Shown piece by piece: positions 55,079 through 64,000 of a stretch of DNA of 64,000 nucleotides (its first letter is position 1; each line of letters opens with the position of its first letter). Both the position numbers and the translations under genes were made by a program. The stretch is from positions 124,001-188,000 of IMG/VR virus record IMGVR_UViG_3300021338_000003. One strand, 5' to 3'. Below the pieces are notes generated by a model. It was given only the letters and a program-made list of their open reading frames with translations. It was not told the origin of the DNA and made no database searches.

Positions 55079-55576
55079 GTGGACATCGAAATAGCTAGGA
55101 AAGCCATTGAGGAGGATGGCCGTAGGCTTATCCTCAGCCAGTGTGGAGAAAAAGCCCAGGCAGCCTACGAAAAGAACCCGACCATGGTGTTCAGCCCTCC
55201 CTTCTCCCTCCCAGAGAGGACATTCTGGCCCGTCAGACTCGGGGTCATTATTACCAAGATGACAGGAACCAACTTCATCCATGAAGGTGCCCACTTCGTT
55301 CCGGGCCCCAAGCCATTAGGCCGATTCTTTGGCACCAAGTATGACTGTGTGGTGGCCTTCAAGGCATACAAAAAATATACCAAGCTCATCATGAGGATGA
55401 GTGAGCATGGCCATACTCCATTGTCCATGGTCTACGAATTCGGGGCGATCTTTTCCACCGTCCAACGAAGCACCCGAGACGACTGCAGATCTGTCATGAG
55501 CCGATTTAGCAAGGCAAACGTCGGTATGTATTACGCTTTGAAGGCAGAGGAAGATGCGAAGAAATCAAAGAGATAA
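55079..55576 (+). CDS. hypothetical protein
   Basis: GGAGG RBS; TTTACG-17-TATAAT promoter candidate at 55032-55060. Confidence 0.6.
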   Translation: MDIEIARKAIEEDGRRLILSQCGEKAQAAYEKNPTMVFSPPFSLPERTFWPVRLGVIITKMTGTNFIHEGAHFVPGPKPLGRFFGTKYDCVVAFKAYKKYTKLIMRMSEHGHTPLSMVYEFGAIFSTVQRSTRDDCRSVMSRFSKANVGMYYALKAEEDAKKSKR

Positions 55577-55799
55577 CACCCTGGATATCGGCTTTGTTCA
55601 ATTCTGGTTCCTTTTTCTTCCTGGGCTCCTAACTTCCATCTTCATCGGTATCTTTGCCCTGTTCTTCTATACCCCCGAAGAGGCCCCCGAAGACCAGTGC
55701 CGGGTTGCTTGCAAGGGTCTAGAAAGCATGGTTTTGGTGGACATCTGCCACTGTCGCCATGGCCCTTTTTGGACCCCTACTCCCGTAAATCCAAAGTGA
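55554..55799 (+). CDS. small membrane protein
   Basis: TM segment plus CxxxC...CHC. Confidence 0.45.
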   Translation: MRRNQRDNTLDIGFVQFWFLFLPGLLTSIFIGIFALFFYTPEEAPEDQCRVACKGLESMVLVDICHCRHGPFWTPTPVNPK

Positions 55800-55814
55800 A
55801 CGTGGAGTACCGAC

Positions 55815-56483
55815 ATGGGCCTGAAAGAAGACTTCCTTGAATCCTTTGGTCTGATCAATAAGAATAAGACCCACGAGACTTCTGCCATGCGGGTGGGAAA
55901 CAAGGAGTGGTCGTTCACCCTTCGTAAAGTAAACTCGACTGATGATGCTGTCTGGATCCTTCAGCATTCCAGCCTTCATGGTGTCACCGGGTCCATTCCT
56001 AACCAAATATCCAACGACCTCTTGATCTCTAGGGCTACGGTGGCTTTGGCTATTTCGAGGGTCAACGGGGTTCCGGTATTCCAGTCCTTCGCGGCCGATA
56101 AGTTCAAGCCTGAAGACCTCGTTGGGATTGATGACCTTGACTACCCCCCGGTTAGGGTCCGATATATCGCGGCCGAAGAGGTCCTGAGCGTCATCAAGGC
56201 TCTCGACGAGCATTCCATCGTGGACTTCCTGCAGGGAGAGTATGATACTGCCTTCCCTGGTGACGACATCCTGTACCCCGGCGATAATGAGGTCCAACAG
56301 CCCAAGACGTTTGTGTGTATTGAATGTCTACACGAGATGCACGTATCGGGTGAAGACCTCCAAAACCCTCGGGTCAAGGAAAAGCTCGAAAATGACGAAG
56401 GGCTATCCTGTCACCTGTGCGGCAGCACATGCAAGCCCAAAGGGGATGGGGATGACAAGGAAGGTGACTCCCCTTTGGGGTGA
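55815..56483 (+). CDS. probable tail assembly chaperone (gpG-like) with Zn ribbon
   Basis: TVALAISRVNGVPV; located between tube and tape measure; ends at slippery C CCT TTG. Confidence 0.6.
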   Translation: MGLKEDFLESFGLINKNKTHETSAMRVGNKEWSFTLRKVNSTDDAVWILQHSSLHGVTGSIPNQISNDLLISRATVALAISRVNGVPVFQSFAADKFKPEDLVGIDDLDYPPVRVRYIAAEEVLSVIKALDEHSIVDFLQGEYDTAFPGDDILYPGDNEVQQPKTFVCIECLHEMHVSGEDLQNPRVKEKLENDEGLSCHLCGSTCKPKGDGDDKEGDSPLG

Positions 56484-57163
56484 GGTGGAGGAAGGCCATT
56501 CAAGACGAGCCTATCCTCGGTAGCCTAGCCTACGTTATTCCTCGTATGGGTTTGAGCCTCTCTGACGCTCGGGAGTTGGCCAAAGACCCAATTATGTTGA
56601 GTTTCTACTACTACGCAGCCCGAGATCAAGAGTCTTCGGACCGTGAGTGGCTAGAAACTTCCCTTGGTATTCGCGTAACAGCGGAATCCATCGAATCGTG
56701 GATCGCTGAGGGTAAGCCCAAAAAGAAGGGCGGAAAGCTCCCCTCTGTGTACTGGTTGCCCTTCCTGGCCCAAATGAAGGACATCAAATACTACAAGGAA
56801 GTCGCCAAGATGGTGTCCTCGAAGGATGGCAAGAGCCTGGAAGGGCCGCCTGAGGTGGCTATGGGATCGTACAAGCCTCAGAAGGGCGAAAAGATTATTT
56901 CCCTTTCCGAGGCCCCGAAGGGTGCTTGGATGGAACACCTCAAGAAGACCGGGGTGTATGACCCGAAGGTGTTCAAGGAGGTCGAGGAGCACGTCAAGAA
57001 GAGTGAAGAGAAACGTGCCTTCGAGGAGGGTGATGGGGTTGACTGGGACCAAGCGGCAGAGGACAAAAACCTCACCGACGCCACCAAGGAAGAGCACATC
57101 GAAAAGCTCCAACAGGCAGGTATCGTAGCACCCACAAAGCAAGATGAGAAAGATATTGAGTAA
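56480..57163 (+). CDS. probable frameshift extension of the chaperone (gpT-like)
   Basis: In the -1 frame immediately after the heptamer at 56471-56477. Confidence 0.55.
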   Translation: MRWRKAIQDEPILGSLAYVIPRMGLSLSDARELAKDPIMLSFYYYAARDQESSDREWLETSLGIRVTAESIESWIAEGKPKKKGGKLPSVYWLPFLAQMKDIKYYKEVAKMVSSKDGKSLEGPPEVAMGSYKPQKGEKIISLSEAPKGAWMEHLKKTGVYDPKVFKEVEEHVKKSEEKRAFEEGDGVDWDQAAEDKNLTDATKEEHIEKLQQAGIVAPTKQDEKDIE

Positions 57164-57226
57164 ACGATCGAAAAATTCCGAACTTCCCTTGTCGATGTTA
57201 TGATCAGGATGCACAGGAGGTGCACA

Positions 57227-57391
57227 ATGATGACTGAATTCGATTTGGATGTCCTCGACCGTGTGGTCACGCTTTTGGACCTTGCCGACCCCAAGGACTT
57301 TGAGGCCCAGGGACTCGACAAGGCTGAAACTGTGAAGTTTCTGACCGACCTTCACAAGAAATTCAGCAAGGGAAGTAAGGATCGCGATTGA
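57227..57391 (+). CDS. small hypothetical protein
   Basis: AGGAGGT RBS. Confidence 0.55.
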   Translation: MMTEFDLDVLDRVVTLLDLADPKDFEAQGLDKAETVKFLTDLHKKFSKGSKDRD

Positions 57392-57400
57392 GGATCGCGC

Positions 57401-57429
57401 TTGCCACCTTTAACGTGCCATGTTATAAT
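57401..57429 (+). promoter_or_regulatory. sigma70-type promoter, TGCCATGT class
   Basis: TTGCCA-17 nt ending TGCCATGT-TATAAT. Confidence 0.8.
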
Positions 57430-57450
57430 ACTGGTATAGGAGGCAATCCA

Positions 57451-57735
57451 ATGACCAACACCGACACCATCACCCCCTTTGGCCCCGAATATGACAAGAA
57501 CGAGAGTAAGCGCCGCAATGCTACCCTCGAAAACACTTGCGTCTGTTGTGGGCGTCGGGCCGGTGGCCCCAAGGGGTGGTGGGCCCTGGTCGTGGACGGT
57601 GGTGCCAAGTTCGGCGATCCCTCAAAGGAGAATGAGGACGAGCCCGGGTTCATGGGCTACTACCCCATCGGTAGTACCTGTAAGAAGAGCCTCCCGGAGG
57701 GCTGGGCAGTCAAGACCTCCGACCTCGGGTGGTAG
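57451..57735 (+). CDS. small early-type Zn-binding hypothetical protein
   Basis: AGGAGGCAATCCAATG leader; CVCCGR...PIGSTC. Confidence 0.65.
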   Translation: MTNTDTITPFGPEYDKNESKRRNATLENTCVCCGRRAGGPKGWWALVVDGGAKFGDPSKENEDEPGFMGYYPIGSTCKKSLPEGWAVKTSDLGW

Positions 57736-57739
57736 AGAG

Positions 57740-57773
57740 GTAGGACCGGGGGTGATGTCACCTCCGGTCCTAC
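57740..57773 (+). terminator. stem-loop between cassettes
   Basis: GTAGGACCGGGGGTGA...TCACCTCCGGTCCTAC. Confidence 0.65.
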
Positions 57774-57775
57774 AC

Positions 57776-57804
57776 TTGCGCCTAATCAGATGCCATGTTA
57801 AAAT
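57776..57804 (+). promoter_or_regulatory. sigma70-type promoter, TGCCATGT class
   Basis: TTGCGC-17 nt ending TGCCATGT-TAAAAT. Confidence 0.75.
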
Positions 57805-57822
57805 GGTACAGGAAGGCAACAA

Positions 57823-58158
57823 ATGATGACTACCACCGTGACCCTCAATGAACTCGCAGCTGCCGTGTGGGGCTGCAAGGGGTGTAGGCTGACCCCTGAC
57901 GATGCTGTTCTTACCACGAAGGGGTGGGTGTACCCAGACCCGAGTGGTCCAGTGAAGGGTGCTGACCGCTACACCAACACACCGATTCATGGGTGGAAGG
58001 TTCGCATGCCCACTGGTGCCGAGGAGGTCACGGTGACCCGACGTCCCGATGGGAATGGTGTGACTCTCACCGGGGAGTCGTGGATTCTCGACCGCACTGG
58101 CCACCAACTCACCGGACGTGATGGTAAGGCCGCGACCAGCCTACTCCAGGGAGGCTGA
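57823..58158 (+). CDS. early-type hypothetical protein
   Basis: RBS directly after promoter. Confidence 0.6.
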   Translation: MMTTTVTLNELAAAVWGCKGCRLTPDDAVLTTKGWVYPDPSGPVKGADRYTNTPIHGWKVRMPTGAEEVTVTRRPDGNGVTLTGESWILDRTGHQLTGRDGKAATSLLQGG

Positions 58159-58159
58159 A

Positions 58160-58393
58160 ATGGCCGACCACTACATTATCAATGTCCATATTCGGTTCTC
58201 GAACGGAGTGACCCAGAAGGACGTTCGAATTCCCTTTCTGGTAGGGGCCATTCCCACCGTCGGTGATCGAATCAACATCCCTCTCGACGATGGGGGATTC
58301 GTCAACTGTGTGGTTCGCCAGAGGACCTTCACACTCGTCAAGAAGAACAGCGGCACATACCCCTACCGTCATCAAATCACCCTCACCTGCTGA
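58160..58393 (+). CDS. small hypothetical protein
   Basis: GGAGG RBS. Confidence 0.55.
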   Translation: MADHYIINVHIRFSNGVTQKDVRIPFLVGAIPTVGDRINIPLDDGGFVNCVVRQRTFTLVKKNSGTYPYRHQITLTC

Positions 58394-58408
58394 ACACCGG
58401 AGTACAAA

Positions 58409-59518
58409 GTGATCCTCTCCCCTACCCCATTTTTCACCCCAACGCCCGCCTTTTTGTCTTGGATGGCAGACCATTATGGTGAAGATCCAATCATCGATGC
58501 CGGGTGTGGGTATGGAAACTTCGTCGAGGACATGCTCCTAAATGGTTGCTCTGGCGCCTTCGGCCTCGACCTGGTTCCAGAAAAGTTGGACCAGGCTCTT
58601 ACCCGCCATCCCCATGCGGTCGCCCGGCTCCTTCTAGGGGACACTCGCAACCACGAAATCATGAACGTGCCAAATGCAGTTATTGTGTTTGCTCGGCCCT
58701 GTCACGATGCGTCGTGGATTTGTGATACTTACGAGCATGCCAAGAAGTCCGCAAAGACGTTCCTGTATATTTCGAAGCCCGGAAACGAGGTCGATGATCT
58801 CGAAGGCTTCGAACGGCGCCAGGTCGCGTGGGATATTGAGGTCGGCCAAGAGGGTGAGATCGCCTGGGAGTTCCGAAAGATCCCGGAGGACTGCGGCCGG
58901 TCCATGGCCGATTGGTGCCTGATCGATTTCCACGAAGGAACCGGTGAACATGGAACCACGAAGCGAGTGTGGGTCCGAGACGGGCGTCCTGGAGGAGTGT
59001 GGTATTGGGGTTGGGGTCCGTCCTACACAACGTGCAACGGCGAAGATGTTATTGCAAAGGCCCGGATTGCCGATGACTGGCTCAACTGGTCTGCGACAAC
59101 AACTTACCAACACTGGGCCAAGAGGGTTGATGACGAAACCCTCGACAACGGGTGGGTTAGCCCAGAGGGGCGACTCTACCGTTGCTCCTATTGGGAGCAC
59201 GATTCACTCGTCTACGGATATCTTTGTCGACTTCCGGAGCTTGACGGAATTGACAAGCGCCAACTCGAAAAGGCCGGTTGGTGCAAGTTGCAGCGAGCGT
59301 CTCCAGGGGAGAGGCACCTGTTTGTCATGGGCTTCGACCGAAAGATGAACGACCTCCCTATGACAAAGGAACAGGTAGCGACTCTCGTGAAGGCTGGATT
59401 CACTCCTCCGACGTATATGCTGGAAGAGGCGGAGGGTGACTGGAGCGAACTCATCGCAAAGCTCGATGATGGGGAGTTCGGTGGAATTGACCTCAACACT
59501 CCTAACACCCTTTCTTGA
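58409..59518 (+). CDS. class I SAM-dependent methyltransferase fused to a GWVSPEG domain
   Basis: IIDAGCGYG, GLDL, GD, ARPCH; C-terminal GWVSPEG...YWEHD...AGW. Confidence 0.65.
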   Translation: MILSPTPFFTPTPAFLSWMADHYGEDPIIDAGCGYGNFVEDMLLNGCSGAFGLDLVPEKLDQALTRHPHAVARLLLGDTRNHEIMNVPNAVIVFARPCHDASWICDTYEHAKKSAKTFLYISKPGNEVDDLEGFERRQVAWDIEVGQEGEIAWEFRKIPEDCGRSMADWCLIDFHEGTGEHGTTKRVWVRDGRPGGVWYWGWGPSYTTCNGEDVIAKARIADDWLNWSATTTYQHWAKRVDDETLDNGWVSPEGRLYRCSYWEHDSLVYGYLCRLPELDGIDKRQLEKAGWCKLQRASPGERHLFVMGFDRKMNDLPMTKEQVATLVKAGFTPPTYMLEEAEGDWSELIAKLDDGEFGGIDLNTPNTLS

Positions 59519-59532
59519 TAGGACGAGAGACC

Positions 59533-60285
59533 ATGCCTGTAATTGACATCGATAAGTATGCAAAAACCAACAATACGGATTTTGCAAAAGCTCTCAACTG
59601 GTTCTTCATTCGCGAATCCTATGGTTTTGGGGTGGTGTATCGCAAGTGGCTCATCAGTGACGATACTGTCATCGTAGTACCATGGTCCGAGGGCAGACCT
59701 TCTATGGCCGGTGACGATACCGAATTTGAGGTTCAGTTCCATTCTGACGACGAGGTGCCCATGGACAGTCCCCTACAGGAGGCTGTGACACATGCAGAGC
59801 ATGAATTGCTCCGTCGAATTCGTATAGGGCTCCCCATCCAAAAGGCAAAGAAACGTCTCGAATCAGCATACGACGCTTTCGATGACACCATCAACCAAGT
59901 TTTCTCGCCTATGACGAAGAAGGTCCCTACACCCAGGCGCTATTCATTCAAGGTCGGAGACTCCATTGAAATCGGAGGAGTCTCAATGTCCGTTGATTCC
60001 ATCAGCGGCGATGCTGTCACTTTCACATGTGTAGGAACCGAATCGAGCAACAGGGTATTTGATACTCGCAAGCATCAGTGGACCATTCGGTCTGCTCTCG
60101 GCATGTACATGAGCCAAACCCGCAAGGATATGGAAGGGTTCCAGCTGCTCGGAGCTATGAATCCTACCAAGGAAGACCTGGAAGCCCGGGAAATCCTCGT
60201 CAACGCCAAGAGGGAAGAACTTCGAGCTGCCGCCAAGGTCATCTCCGACCTGGATGCGGCCATCTACCAGGAGACGGACCGATGA
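59533..60285 (+). CDS. hypothetical protein
   Basis: Long ORF in operon. Confidence 0.6.
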   Translation: MPVIDIDKYAKTNNTDFAKALNWFFIRESYGFGVVYRKWLISDDTVIVVPWSEGRPSMAGDDTEFEVQFHSDDEVPMDSPLQEAVTHAEHELLRRIRIGLPIQKAKKRLESAYDAFDDTINQVFSPMTKKVPTPRRYSFKVGDSIEIGGVSMSVDSISGDAVTFTCVGTESSNRVFDTRKHQWTIRSALGMYMSQTRKDMEGFQLLGAMNPTKEDLEAREILVNAKREELRAAAKVISDLDAAIYQETDR

Positions 60286-60572
60286 CTACCGAACAGTTGT
60301 ACGAAAACCTCCGCAAGGACTACGAAAAGCTCGTGAATGAGCACCTCACGATGCACAACGCGGTCAAATCCCTCATCAGGAATGCAGGTCACGACCGCGC
60401 AGTGAAGGCCATGCAGGATCAGGTGGAGAACCTCCGCGAAGCATCCCAGAAGGCTCGTGCTACCGCCGATTCTCTGGACCGTGAGGCCGAATGGTTGCAA
60501 AAGGGTATCGATTCTCTGATGGCCGAGGATGACCTTTCTCTCTCCGAAGTTCTGAAGTCGAAGACGGACTGA
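60282..60572 (+). CDS. coiled-coil hypothetical protein
   Basis: AGGAG RBS; ATGA coupling. Confidence 0.6.
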   Translation: MTTEQLYENLRKDYEKLVNEHLTMHNAVKSLIRNAGHDRAVKAMQDQVENLREASQKARATADSLDREAEWLQKGIDSLMAEDDLSLSEVLKSKTD

Positions 60573-60577
60573 ACATC

Positions 60578-61210
60578 ATGCCCAAGATCGCCAACACAAG
60601 CCTCCTGGTCATGCGTCCACACGGGCACAAGGGCCGTTCCGGTGTCCACGTGGACGTCTACCCCGTTCATCAGGACAGTGACTGGCATGACCTGCTTCTT
60701 ACGGTTCCTCGGGAGCATCGACCTGTCAGGCAGAGTGTGTACGAGGACGGAACCATCCCTAACCCGGTCCCCCTGCATTGGTGTCACGTCTGTGACTGCT
60801 GGGCCCTCAAGAAGGACCACGGCGACGATCATCCCCGGGACCGGTACCCCCAAATCGGAGACACCTGGGAAGTCATTCACGACAAGGTGTGGATCCCTGC
60901 CCACCACAACGTGTCAATCGATGAGACCATCGATTGGGCCAACGACCATCGGGTAGAGACGGTCAAGAAGCGCCTTCGCTACACTGCCACTGGCATCAAA
61001 AATGACCCCGGGATGGACCCCTTCGAGTTTGAGGGTCGTCAGTATGGTGGACACCCACCGCAAACGACCATCCTCTACACTCTTGAGTACGTCGGGCACT
61101 GGCCCGATAAGAGGTACCGAACCTCCCATCACCAGGAGCCAATTGAGGTTTGGCGTGAGATCACCAGCACTTCCAACTTCGTGGAACCACCAACTGGACG
61201 AGGCATCTGA
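60578..61210 (+). CDS. His-rich hypothetical protein
   Basis: HWCHVCDCW...DH. Confidence 0.6.
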   Translation: MPKIANTSLLVMRPHGHKGRSGVHVDVYPVHQDSDWHDLLLTVPREHRPVRQSVYEDGTIPNPVPLHWCHVCDCWALKKDHGDDHPRDRYPQIGDTWEVIHDKVWIPAHHNVSIDETIDWANDHRVETVKKRLRYTATGIKNDPGMDPFEFEGRQYGGHPPQTTILYTLEYVGHWPDKRYRTSHHQEPIEVWREITSTSNFVEPPTGRGI

Positions 61211-61674
61211 TGGAATTGGAACACCTACAACACCTGATTCTAGCCCTCGGGTTCGACCGTGACCATAACGCCAAGTGGAACCGCCTCACGGTCGAGGGGC
61301 AACCAGAGGTATACGAACTGATTCTGCCCACGGAGCGGGCGGCCATTCAATTTGGTCCCCTCGACGGTGACCACCACACCGTCAAGGAGCTGGATGGGGT
61401 CTCTGACCTTGCCAAGGCACTAGAGATTACGTGTGAGGCCATGAAGTTCCAACGCCGTATCGACGTGGAGATTCACTCTCTCACACGTGGCCTTGCTATG
61501 CCCGTGGACGACGAGGCTGCTGAAGCTATGGCTACCAGAGGATTGGCTATCTGGACCCGGATGGCCTCGCCGACCCAGACTGGCCGCATGCGATTAACGG
61601 CCCAGGGTGAACTGAGGATGAAGGAGACAGCAAACCGCTGCAGGGTCAAGCACTGCCCCTGTCACCTCATGTAG
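61210..61674 (+). CDS. hypothetical protein
   Basis: TGATG coupling. Confidence 0.6.
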   Translation: MELEHLQHLILALGFDRDHNAKWNRLTVEGQPEVYELILPTERAAIQFGPLDGDHHTVKELDGVSDLAKALEITCEAMKFQRRIDVEIHSLTRGLAMPVDDEAAEAMATRGLAIWTRMASPTQTGRMRLTAQGELRMKETANRCRVKHCPCHLM

Positions 61675-61679
61675 GGACC

Positions 61680-61994
61680 TTATTTGGCCTTCTTCTGCTC
61701 TTCGAAGTCTTCATATCGTTCGATGGCTTCTATGGCCTTCTTCACCGCCTCGGGATTTGGCTTCTTAATTGCCGTATCCGAGATAACTGGAGTGAGGTCT
61801 ACGATCTCTACCTTGAGGGGAGGAAGTTCAACAGTATCCTCATCGGCTGGGGCACACACTGGCACGTAAGCCTCAGGACAGGACAAGACGATCTTGCTCT
61901 CAGCGGGGTCATGAGCCATGGCCCCTTGGGTGGTCACCATAGCGCAACGGGCAGTGAGAATTAGGGCAAGAAGACCAAAATAAGCGCGGTTCAT
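61680..61994 (-). CDS. exported small protein
   Basis: N-terminal hydrophobic signal with Cys; Pro-rich. Confidence 0.5.
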   Translation of the reverse strand: MNRAYFGLLALILTARCAMVTTQGAMAHDPAESKIVLSCPEAYVPVCAPADEDTVELPPLKVEIVDLTPVISDTAIKKPNPEAVKKAIEAIERYEDFEEQKKAK

Positions 61995-61997
61995 TGT

Positions 61998-62201
61998 TCA
62001 CTCACACTCGGCGAGGGCGTCTTTGCACGCATCCTTCGCCTCGGTTAAAAGTTCAAGACGCGCCTTGGCATCGGCCAACTCAATCATGCACTGTTGGGCG
62101 TCGGGGGTTGTGATAGTAACGTAGCCTGCGGAGGCTGCGGTCAAGATAGCGATCACCGCGAAAACGCTGGATATCGCTTTTGTTGAGTTGATTTCGGGCA
62201 T
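61998..62201 (-). CDS. small TM plus coiled-coil protein
   Basis: GGAGG RBS; TM segment followed by helical segment. Confidence 0.55.
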   Translation of the reverse strand: MPEINSTKAISSVFAVIAILTAASAGYVTITTPDAQQCMIELADAKARLELLTEAKDACKDALAECE

Positions 62202-62238
62202 ATTTTCCTCCGTACAGCTTGAGGTCGGAGGCTACTTC

Positions 62239-64000
62239 ATGGCCACTGACCGTGGAAACTCGATACAAAGAACGCTTAATAGGATCCTAGGCCGTCGGGT
62301 CGAGCTTCTACAAAAGCAAGCTGCTGCCGAAAAGAAGGTGGCTGAATCAGTCGGAGATGTGGCCAACGCCCAGAAGGGTGTCAACGATGCCCTCGCTGAG
62401 GGCACGAAGAGTACTGAGAAGGCCATCGATGCCCACAAGAGGTACGCTAGGTCGGCCAAGGACATCGTGCAGTCCCAAGGCCGTATCCGTTCGCTTATGG
62501 CCGAGACGAAGGAAATCGTCAAAGATACAGCCAAGACGTATGGCCGGGACATGGTGGCCGGCATATCCGCTGCTGCGCTGGCCAACAAAGCATACCAGGA
62601 CTCCGTGACCGCCACATCCAAGTCGACCCGCCAGTGGCTGTCTACTAGCCAACGGATCGATGACATCTCCTTCTCTTTTGATGCCATCACCAAGCGGGCC
62701 ATGCAATACCAAAAGGTCCAGATGGGTAATACCCGGGTGGCCTACGAGTTTGGTGCCACGGTCCAGGAGGTGACAAACATCTCGGATAAGTGGATTCAGA
62801 CACTCCGTTACAACGAGGTTACGGATGTCTCTCAAAAGAGCCTAGAGAAGCTCACCGAGCAGACTCTCCTCTATTCCCGAGTACTGGGCACTGATGCCAA
62901 TCGTCTGCAGGAAGAAGCAGCCCAACGGATGTTCAAATATGGTGAGAGCCACGACGAAGCTCTCACCAATATCGTCCGTGTCCGTCATCAGGTAGTGGCT
63001 CTCAATGACGACCTCCGGGACCTCTTTCCGAACCAAGCAGCCATCTTTGATGACGATTTTCAAAACCGCCTCGATGCTGTAGCCAAGGGAACCAAGGGAT
63101 ATACCCAGGACCTCGGCAACATGTCGGCCGCCCTATCTGTTGCCATCGAGCGCGGACAAAAGATGGGGATGACATACAACCAGTCCATGGATGCGGCCGA
63201 GAAGTTCGCGAACTTCCTGTCCGGGAACAACCTCGACCAACGTACCCAGACTATGGTGGGCCTGGATCTCTTGGAAAAGTTCCAAGAGAATATAGGCCCT
63301 GGCGGTAAGATATCCGAGGACTATCTTGCCCAATTCAATCCACAAATCCAATCCCAATTGCAAATGATTGCTCAGGCCCGCCAACGAGGTCAGGTAGACA
63401 CTATTGTAGCCCGACGCCTACAGTCTACCCTGGCTTCCACTGAACAAGGCATGGGGGCCCAACTGGACCTTCTGCAAAACCTTGCCGGCCGCGGAGGTGA
63501 TGTTGCTCACATCCTACAGCGCATGGGCATGGATGAAATGGAGGCATATACTGTTTCAGATCTCCTGGCTTCTGGTGGTGGTCGTGAAGAATTGATGGGC
63601 GCCATCAGAAGGAGCCGAGGCGCTGCCAGCAATCAAGCTCGAACGGCCGGAGGGGAAGATGCTATGCGTCGAATGTCCCTAGGCCACCAGGGTGCTGTCG
63701 GGACATTGGCCGCCGAGGCTGTTACTGGCCGCAACGTGGGACGCGATGCGGGCCAGTATATGGCCTATTTGGAGGACTCCCGGGTGACCGGAGCCGCTGC
63801 CGGAGGTATTGCCGCTTTTGGCATCGCCGGCCGTCTATATGATGCCTACAAAAAGGGCGGAGTATCGGGGGCCATGGGCGAAATTCCAGGGGCACTATCC
63901 GAGCAGGCTGGTGTGGGCGGCGGAGCGGGTGATACATATGGCGGGGGCAGCGGGGCTGCTGGTGCCATCCCCGCAGACAACGATATGGCCAATGCTGTGG
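62239..64000 (+). CDS. probable tail tape measure protein (3' partial; absent from the ORF track because no stop falls in the window)
   Basis: GGAGG RBS; MATDRGNSIQRTLNRILGRRVELLQKQAAAEKK...; frame open to the window end; A/G/Q-rich and helical. Confidence 0.7.
   Translation, partial: MATDRGNSIQRTLNRILGRRVELLQKQAAAEKKVAESVGDVANAQKGVNDALAEGTKSTEKAIDAHKRYARSAKDIVQSQGRIRSLMAETKEIVKDTAKTYGRDMVAGISAAALANKAYQDSVTATSKSTRQWLSTSQRIDDISFSFDAITKRAMQYQKVQMGNTRVAYEFGATVQEVTNISDKWIQTLRYNEVTDVSQKSLEKLTEQTLLYSRVLGTDANRLQEEAAQRMFKYGESHDEALTNIVRVRHQVVALNDDLRDLFPNQAAIFDDDFQNRLDAVAKGTKGYTQDLGNMSAALSVAIERGQKMGMTYNQSMDAAEKFANFLSGNNLDQRTQTMVGLDLLEKFQENIGPGGKISEDYLAQFNPQIQSQLQMIAQARQRGQVDTIVARRLQSTLASTEQGMGAQLDLLQNLAGRGGDVAHILQRMGMDEMEAYTVSDLLASGGGREELMGAIRRSRGAASNQARTAGGEDAMRRMSLGHQGAVGTLAAEAVTGRNVGRDAGQYMAYLEDSRVTGAAAGGIAAFGIAGRLYDAYKKGGVSGAMGEIPGALSEQAGVGGGAGDTYGGGSGAAGAIPADNDMANAV

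Noticed and set aside
61680-62201. Spanin pair
   Set aside because: The topology is suggestive (TM plus coiled coil, then a Cys/Pro-rich exported protein), but the lipobox is poor and no endolysin or holin is adjacent; left as hypothetical.
62207-62231. RBS-occluding hairpin before the tape measure gene
   Set aside because: CCTCC is simply the SD of the divergent gene, so the complementarity is expected.

Overview
This is a 64-kb segment of a large myovirus-like (probably jumbo) phage genome. It uses the standard genetic code, is densely coding and lies mostly on the + strand. Recognisable genes are a Dam-like DNA adenine methyltransferase, a calcineurin-like phosphoesterase, a sigma70-family sigma factor, a tandem-domain ThyX, a GyrA/ParC topoisomerase subunit, dUTPase and TilS. 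Tail genes are widely scattered: sheath, tube, a chaperone pair with a canonical -1 slippery site, and the 5' part of a probable tape measure gene missing from the ORF track. There are six tRNA genes. About ten sigma70-type promoters, most sharing a TGCCATGT element just before the -10 box, head cassettes of small genes. Three observations stand out. (1) A ~320-nt RNA at 30459-30776 has two circularly permuted tRNA-like modules (YrlA/Y-RNA topology). (2) A ~1.7-kb ORF-poor, hairpin-dense region (35870-37580) follows the tRNAs. It includes a ~1.1-kb candidate giant ncRNA closed by a long-range helix and containing an internally duplicated domain. (3) A dispersed family of putative virion-packaged effectors (7-8 ADP-ribosyltransferase-like domains, 2H phosphoesterase, GNAT, zincin). 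Several share an N-terminal M-N-x-[ILV]-[RK]-x-x-[IV]-[ILV]-x-A-like peptide, and two ~1200-aa polyproteins carry a [ILV]-x-[AG] motif at nearly every domain junction, suggesting capsid targeting and protease processing. All calls come from reading motifs by eye; no database search or folding program was run.
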